Positions 58,892 to 64,000 of a stretch of DNA of 64,000 nt are shown here, piece after piece (the stretch's first letter is position 1; each line of letters opens with the position of its first letter). The stretch comes from an uncultured Acidobacteriota bacterium (GTDB lineage: Bacteria; Acidobacteriota; UBA6911). The stretch spans positions 608,001-672,000 of the forward strand of contig CAWEJX010000020.1 of the NCBI GenBank assembly GCA_963809485.1, read 5' to 3'. Made by a program: the position numbers and the translations under genes. The notes beneath the pieces are model-generated. The model worked only from the letters and a program-made list of their open reading frames with translations. It searched no databases and was not told where the DNA came from.

Positions 58892-61786
58892 CTACTTTTG
58901 GTATTCCTCGACCGGAGGGCAGACGCACACCGGATTGCGGTCCCCGTAAACATTGTCGATCCGCCCCACCGGCGGCCAAAATTTCTGCTCACGCGTCCAC
59001 GGCGCCGGCAAGGCCGCCTCCTGACGAGTATAGGGATGGCGCCATGCCTCGACCAGCAGGGACGCGGCGCTATGCGGAGCATTTTTGAGCAGGTTGTCCT
59101 GCGAATCCGCCTTGCCCTGTTCTATTGCGGAAATTTCGCCGCGTATCGCTATCATCGCTTCGCAGAAACGGTCGAGTTCCTCCCTGGACTCGCTCTCGGT
59201 CGGCTCGACCATCATGGTGCCCGGTACGGGGAAGGAGACTGTCGGAGCGTGAAAGCCATAATCCATCAACCGCTTTGCCACGTCATCGACCTCGATGCCC
59301 GCGCTTTTTTTCAAAGACCGCAGATCCAGGATGCACTCGTGGGCGACAAATCCGTGCGCGCCCTTGTAAAGGACAGGGTAGTAGGGATCGAGTCTCTTCG
59401 CTATGTAATTGGCGTTGAGAATCGCATAGCAGGTGGCCTCCTTCAGACCTTCGGCACCCATCAAGTCGATGTAGGCCCAGGAGATGGGCAGAATTCCGGC
59501 ACTGCCCCAGGGTGCGGAAGAAACGGCTCCTACTCCGTCTTGGCCGCCGGTTGCGATGACAGAATGCGAGGGCAAATAGTCCGCCAGATGGGAAGCAACC
59601 GCTATGGGCCCCACGCCGGGGCCGCCGCCGCCGTGCGGGATGCTGAAGGTTTTGTGCAGGTTCAGATGGCATACGTCCGCCCCGATCTCCGCGGGGCGGC
59701 ACACACCGACCTGCGCATTCATGTTGGCGCCATCCATATAGACCTGGCCGCCGCAGGCATGGATGATCTCGCAGATCTCATGGATGGCCTCCTCGAAAAC
59801 GCCGTGGGTGGAGGGATAAGTGACCATGAGCGCAGCCAGCTCTTTCTGATGCTTCGCGGCTTTATCTCTGAGGTCCGCCAGATCGATGTTGCCGTTTTCG
59901 TCGCATGCCACGACTACAACTTTCAACCCGGCCATTACGGCGCTGGCAGGATTTGTTCCGTGGGCCGATTGCGGAATGAGACAGACGTCCCGATTCCCTT
60001 CTCCCCGCTTTTCGTGATATCTGCGGATCACCAGGAGCCCGGAATATTCGCCCTGCGAACCAGCATTCGGCTGCAGGGAAACCGCAGGCAGTCCGGTTAT
60101 ATCGCCAAGCCAATCCTGCAGCTGCTTGAACAGCTGCTGATATCCTTTCGCCTGGTCCGGCGGCGCGAACGGATGGATTCTGCTGAATTCCGGCCAGGTG
60201 ATCGGAATCATTTCCGCCGTCGCATTGAGCTTCATTGTGCAGGAGCCAAGGGGGATCATCGATGCATTGAGCGCGAGGTCGCGGCTTTCCAGGCGGTGCA
60301 CGTAGCGCAGGAATTCCGTTTCCGAGCGATGACGATGAAACACAGGGTGCGTCAGATAGGAGCTTCTGCGCGCAAGCGGTTCCGGGTATTCGGGTGGAGC
60401 CTGATTCATCAGATCATCCAGCTCGAAGGCTACCGGACCGGGCGGCGAAAAAACCGAAAGCAAATCCGTAAGATCTCCGGCTGAGACGGTCTCATTCAGG
60501 CTGATGCCGATTACGGTTTCATTCAAGCGACGCAGATTCATGCCCCGCTTTTGCGCCGAGTCCAGCAGCCGCTCCGTATCCAAGGGACCGGTTTCCACAT
60601 ATAGAGTGTCGAAAAAAGGATCGGGCCCGATTTTGAAGCCAAGTCTTTTCAATCCCCGTCCAAGAACTGCTGTAAGAAAATGGATGCGCTGGGCAATCTT
60701 CTTCAGTCCATCGGGACCGTGATATACGGCATACATGCTTGCCATGATTGCCAGCAGAACCTGGGCGGTGCAGATGTTGCTCGTGGCTTTATCGCGGCGG
60801 ATGTGCTGCTCCCGGGTCTGCAGGGCCAGGCGGACCGCAGAGTTACCCAATGCGTCTTTGGATAAGCCGACGATGCGCCCCGGCATCTGCCTTTTGTAGT
60901 TTTCGCGAGTCGCAAAAAATGCGGCATGCGGCCCGCCGTATCCCAGGGGGACGCCAAATCGCTGCGAATTCCCGACCGCAATGTCCGCGCCGAATTCTCC
61001 GGGAGGTCGCAGCAGCGTCAGCGCCAGCAGGTCGGCGGCAACCGTAACCAGAGCGCCTGCCTGATGCGCTCGTTCCACAAAACCGGAGTAGTTCGCAATT
61101 GCGCCGTCGTTTGCAGGGTATTGCAGCAAAGCGCCGAAAACGGATGGGACAAAATCGAAGGTCGCATGGTCTCCGACTATGACCTGGATTTCCCGGGCTC
61201 GGGCACGCGTCCGGACCACTTCAATAGTCTGGGGATGGCACGCCTCCGAAACAAAAAATGCGTTGCCCTCGGTTTTGGAGAGGCTGAAGCTCATGCTCAT
61301 CGCCTCTGCCGCGGCGGTTCCCTCGTCCAGAAGCGACGCGTTGGCGATATCGAGAGCCGTCAGGTCCGCGATCATCGTCTGAAAATTCAAAAGAGCTTCG
61401 AGCCGTCCTTGCGCGATTTCTGCCTGATAGGGGGTGTATTGCGTATACCATCCCGGGCTCTCAAGGATGTTCCGCTGAATGACGGGCGGGGTGATACAGT
61501 CGTGATATCCCATGCCGATGAATGAGCGAAGGATCCGGTTCTGCGAAGCTATATCCCGCAGCCGCTCAAGCATCGAATATTCACTGTGGGGATCGCCGAT
61601 TCGAAGAATTTCCGGCAGGCGGATGGATGGAGGAACCGTCTTTTCAATCAAAGCCTCCATCCCGTTCAGTCCCAGGAAATCCAGCATCTCCCGGGCATCT
61701 TCCGGCCGGGGACCGATATGTCTGCGGACAAATAAATCGGTTGTTTCATGAGCATTCATGACAGTATTTTTTGGTGACATAGTCAT
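58892..61786 (-). CDS. gcvP: Glycine dehydrogenase (decarboxylating), single-chain P protein
   Basis: [41 protein letters not shown] and DYGFHAPT. Start may be 61786, 61780 or 61759. Confidence 0.97.
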   Translation of the reverse strand: MTMSPKNTVMNAHETTDLFVRRHIGPRPEDAREMLDFLGLNGMEALIEKTVPPSIRLPEILRIGDPHSEYSMLERLRDIASQNRILRSFIGMGYHDCITPPVIQRNILESPGWYTQYTPYQAEIAQGRLEALLNFQTMIADLTALDIANASLLDEGTAAAEAMSMSFSLSKTEGNAFFVSEACHPQTIEVVRTRARAREIQVIVGDHATFDFVPSVFGALLQYPANDGAIANYSGFVERAHQAGALVTVAADLLALTLLRPPGEFGADIAVGNSQRFGVPLGYGGPHAAFFATRENYKRQMPGRIVGLSKDALGNSAVRLALQTREQHIRRDKATSNICTAQVLLAIMASMYAVYHGPDGLKKIAQRIHFLTAVLGRGLKRLGFKIGPDPFFDTLYVETGPLDTERLLDSAQKRGMNLRRLNETVIGISLNETVSAGDLTDLLSVFSPPGPVAFELDDLMNQAPPEYPEPLARRSSYLTHPVFHRHRSETEFLRYVHRLESRDLALNASMIPLGSCTMKLNATAEMIPITWPEFSRIHPFAPPDQAKGYQQLFKQLQDWLGDITGLPAVSLQPNAGSQGEYSGLLVIRRYHEKRGEGNRDVCLIPQSAHGTNPASAVMAGLKVVVVACDENGNIDLADLRDKAAKHQKELAALMVTYPSTHGVFEEAIHEICEIIHACGGQVYMDGANMNAQVGVCRPAEIGADVCHLNLHKTFSIPHGGGGPGVGPIAVASHLADYLPSHSVIATGGQDGVGAVSSAPWGSAGILPISWAYIDLMGAEGLKEATCYAILNANYIAKRLDPYYPVLYKGAHGFVAHECILDLRSLKKSAGIEVDDVAKRLMDYGFHAPTVSFPVPGTMMVEPTESESREELDRFCEAMIAIRGEISAIEQGKADSQDNLLKNAPHSAASLLVEAWRHPYTRQEAALPAPWTREQKFWPPVGRIDNVYGDRNPVCVCPPVEEYQK

Positions 61787-61948
61787 TCCCAATAACAAAG
61801 GATTGTCTTGTTAAACCCTGCGGTATGAATATTCACACTTTCCGATGCCGCAAGCAAATCCTGAATGCCCTGACATGGAGAGGGAACGCCAGGTTCGCAC
61901 GCGGAGGCGCGGAGTTCACAGAGATGAAAGTTAAACGCGTTTGGGCCG

Positions 61949-63088
61949 CTATTCGAACTGCAGGTTGCGCTCGAAGTCCGCGGCGGAGGTGGCCGCAGCC
62001 TTGGCGGTTTCCAGGCTGATCAGCTCCTTTCGATAGAGATCGGTCAGATGCTGGTCGAAGGTTTGCATTTTATAAAACTCGCGCCCCTTCTCAATGTATT
62101 CCTTGATCATGTAGGTTTTTGACGGTTCGGCGATGCATTCCTGAATGGTTTTGGTCTGGCGCATCACTTCGCAGGCCACCACGCGCCCGGTGCCGTCGGC
62201 TCTTTGAAGCAGACGCTGGGATATGACCGCCAGCAGCGTTTCGCTCAGCCTCAATCGAGCCGAGGCCTGCTCCGACGGATCGAAGACGCTCAGGATTCGG
62301 GAAATCGTTCTGGGCGCGTCGGTGGTGTGGACCGTGGACAATACCAGGTGTCCGGTTTCGGCAGCCTTGATCGCAATATCGATGGTTTCCTTGTCGCGCA
62401 TCTCCCCGACCAGAATGATGTCCGGATCCTGGCGCAGCGCAGCGCGCAAGGCCTTGGCAAAGCTTTCTGTATCGGATCCGCATTCGCGCTGGGCGATGCT
62501 GCATTTGTCGTCCCGGTAGAGGAATTCGATCGGGTCCTCGATGGTGACAATCTTGCAGTGTTTGTTCTGATTTATCAGATTGATCATGGCCGCCAGAGTG
62601 GTGGATTTGCCGCTGCCGGTTATGCCCGTCACCAGCACCAGGCCGCGTTCCGCCAGGGCAATTTCTGCCAGCACGGGAGGCAGCCGCAGACCCTCGATGG
62701 TGGGAAGCACATATGGGATATGGCGAAGGACCAGGGCCAAAGATCGCCGCTGGCTGGAAATGTTGACCCGGTACCGACCGAGTCCCGGCACCGAGTAGGA
62801 ACAGTCATAATCGGTGAGAGTTTCCACCATTTGGGCAAGGCTTTCTCTGGTGCATTTGCGGCCCGCCAGCAGAATGCCTCCGGCAATGGAAGCAATTTCG
62901 CTGGGCGTCAGCGGTCCGGCTTCCGGGAGAGGTACCAGCTTCCCAAGGATGCGGATTCTGAAGCCGCTTCCAACCGATACGTGAAGATCGCTGGCCTCTT
63001 TTTCCGCCATGATCTTCAGGACGCTGTTAAAGCGCTCAAACGCGTTGAGCGGAGCCCGATATTCAGCCTGTATGCTCGCGGTCGACAT
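61949..63088 (-). CDS. pilT: PilT/PilU family type IV pilus retraction ATPase
   Basis: ASDLH, GITGSGKSTT, TIEDPIE, LRQDPDIILVGEMRD, ETGHLV.ST.HT and MQTFDQ. AGGA RBS before ATG at 63088. Confidence 0.88.
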   Translation of the reverse strand: MSTASIQAEYRAPLNAFERFNSVLKIMAEKEASDLHVSVGSGFRIRILGKLVPLPEAGPLTPSEIASIAGGILLAGRKCTRESLAQMVETLTDYDCSYSVPGLGRYRVNISSQRRSLALVLRHIPYVLPTIEGLRLPPVLAEIALAERGLVLVTGITGSGKSTTLAAMINLINQNKHCKIVTIEDPIEFLYRDDKCSIAQRECGSDTESFAKALRAALRQDPDIILVGEMRDKETIDIAIKAAETGHLVLSTVHTTDAPRTISRILSVFDPSEQASARLRLSETLLAVISQRLLQRADGTGRVVACEVMRQTKTIQECIAEPSKTYMIKEYIEKGREFYKMQTFDQHLTDLYRKELISLETAKAAATSAADFERNLQFE

Positions 63089-63390
63089 AGTCGTCCTAAT
63101 TATCGACAAAATCACCAAATAGGAATATATCCCCGGTGAAATATTTTTCCGACTGCCGGATTTTTCTCTGCGGCAGCAACGGTCTGAGGGCTGAAATTCA
63201 TTTTCCCAATGGTGGCGCGACGGGCGGATATCTGCTATTTTCCCCCGTGGCAATATGCGGTTGAAATGGGTATCGTGCGGCAGAGGCGGTAGATCTCCCA
63301 ATGGATTAGTAGTCTCAGCCGAATCTTGGATGTGATGGGGTGGGAGGCAGACTCCTTCCGGCTGAAGCATGGAGCAGCGGTAAGCAAACT

Positions 63391-64000
63391 GTGACAAACT
63401 CGCGCAGCGTTCACATTCTGGCCAAACCAGTCGGACCTATCTGCAACCTGAACTGCAGATATTGCTATTACCTCGAAAAAGAAAAGCTTTATCCGTCCCG
63501 GGCAAAATTTTCGGATTGGATCCTGCCTGAGCGGATACTCGAGGAATTCATCCGCCAATACATACATGCGCAATCATCCCCGACCGTAAGTTTCGCATGG
63601 CAGGGAGGTGAGCCGACCCTTCTGGGAGTCGATTATTTCGGAAAAGTGGTCGCCCTGCAGCGAAAATACGCCGACGGCAAACGGATCGAAAACACATTGC
63701 AGACAAACGGCATCCTGCTGAACGACCGGTGGGGGGAGTTTCTGGCCGCGAACCGTTTCCTAGTCGGCCTGTCGATCGACGGACCGCGTCCTCTGCACGA
63801 TTGCTGCCGCGTCGATCAAGGCGGCGCGCCGAGCTTCGACAAGGCCGTTGCCGGTATCGGTTATCTAAAAAAGCACGGGGTGGAATTCAACACGCTCACG
63901 GTTGTGCAGAAAAAGAACTCCCTGCATCCTCTGGATGTCTATCGCTTTCTCAAAGAGGCAGGGAGCGGCTTCATTCAGTTCATACCCGTCGTAGAACGTG
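63391..64000 (+). CDS. Anaerobic sulfatase maturase (radical SAM), N-terminal part; runs off the right edge of the window
   Basis: Hand translation from GTG at 63391: HILAKPVGPICNLNCRYCYYLEK...FAWQGGEPTLLG...LQTNG...VGLSIDGP. Confidence 0.93.
   Translation, partial: MTNSRSVHILAKPVGPICNLNCRYCYYLEKEKLYPSRAKFSDWILPERILEEFIRQYIHAQSSPTVSFAWQGGEPTLLGVDYFGKVVALQRKYADGKRIENTLQTNGILLNDRWGEFLAANRFLVGLSIDGPRPLHDCCRVDQGGAPSFDKAVAGIGYLKKHGVEFNTLTVVQKKNSLHPLDVYRFLKEAGSGFIQFIPVVER

Noticed and set aside
58805-60484. Long antisense ORFs (also 32754-34181, 21654-22778, 15307-16356, 6817-7713 and 62204-63139)
   Set aside because: They are shadow frames of well-supported genes on the opposite strand in GC-rich DNA, with no recognisable motifs.
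61790-61948. Glycine riboswitch expected upstream of gcvP
   Set aside because: No GGAGA...CCGAAG...CTCTCAGG aptamer motifs on the minus strand.
63210-63224. Minus-strand ...CCCGTCGCGCCACCA resembles a tRNA or tmRNA 3' end
   Set aside because: No TTCGA T-loop and no cloverleaf upstream.
1-64000. CRISPR array or other regularly spaced repeat-spacer array
   Set aside because: No run of constant repeats with unique spacers was seen. The repeats are dispersed or short-period tandem.

Overview
A ~57% GC bacterial chromosome segment, most likely Acidobacteriota (Oar-like TonB receptor with a carboxypeptidase-regulatory domain, acidobacterial VWA protein, SYLF/Ysc84 protein). It holds about 40 mostly housekeeping and envelope genes: PBP1B, alpha-2-macroglobulin, a yedE/sirA/desulfurase/DUF3343 selenium-associated cluster, ilvD, pepF, gcvP, pilT and three radical SAM genes. 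There are no rRNA, tRNA or CRISPR features. The most notable items are: (1) a 2286-aa single-ORF fusion of TamB (DUF490) to about five POTRA domains and an Omp85 barrel; (2) four copies of a transposase-less 220-281 bp element with IS200/IS605-type palindromic ends and a nested structured interior; (3) an orphan protein resembling the ATPase-less C-terminal half of DUF6079/BrxC-like proteins, behind PBP1B; (4) a lower-GC islet carrying a PEP-CTERM gene with a sigma54/IHF/enhancer promoter, surrounded by mobile-element debris. Several genes are broken by single-base indels, probably long-read assembly errors. All family assignments come from motif recognition by eye, not from database searches.
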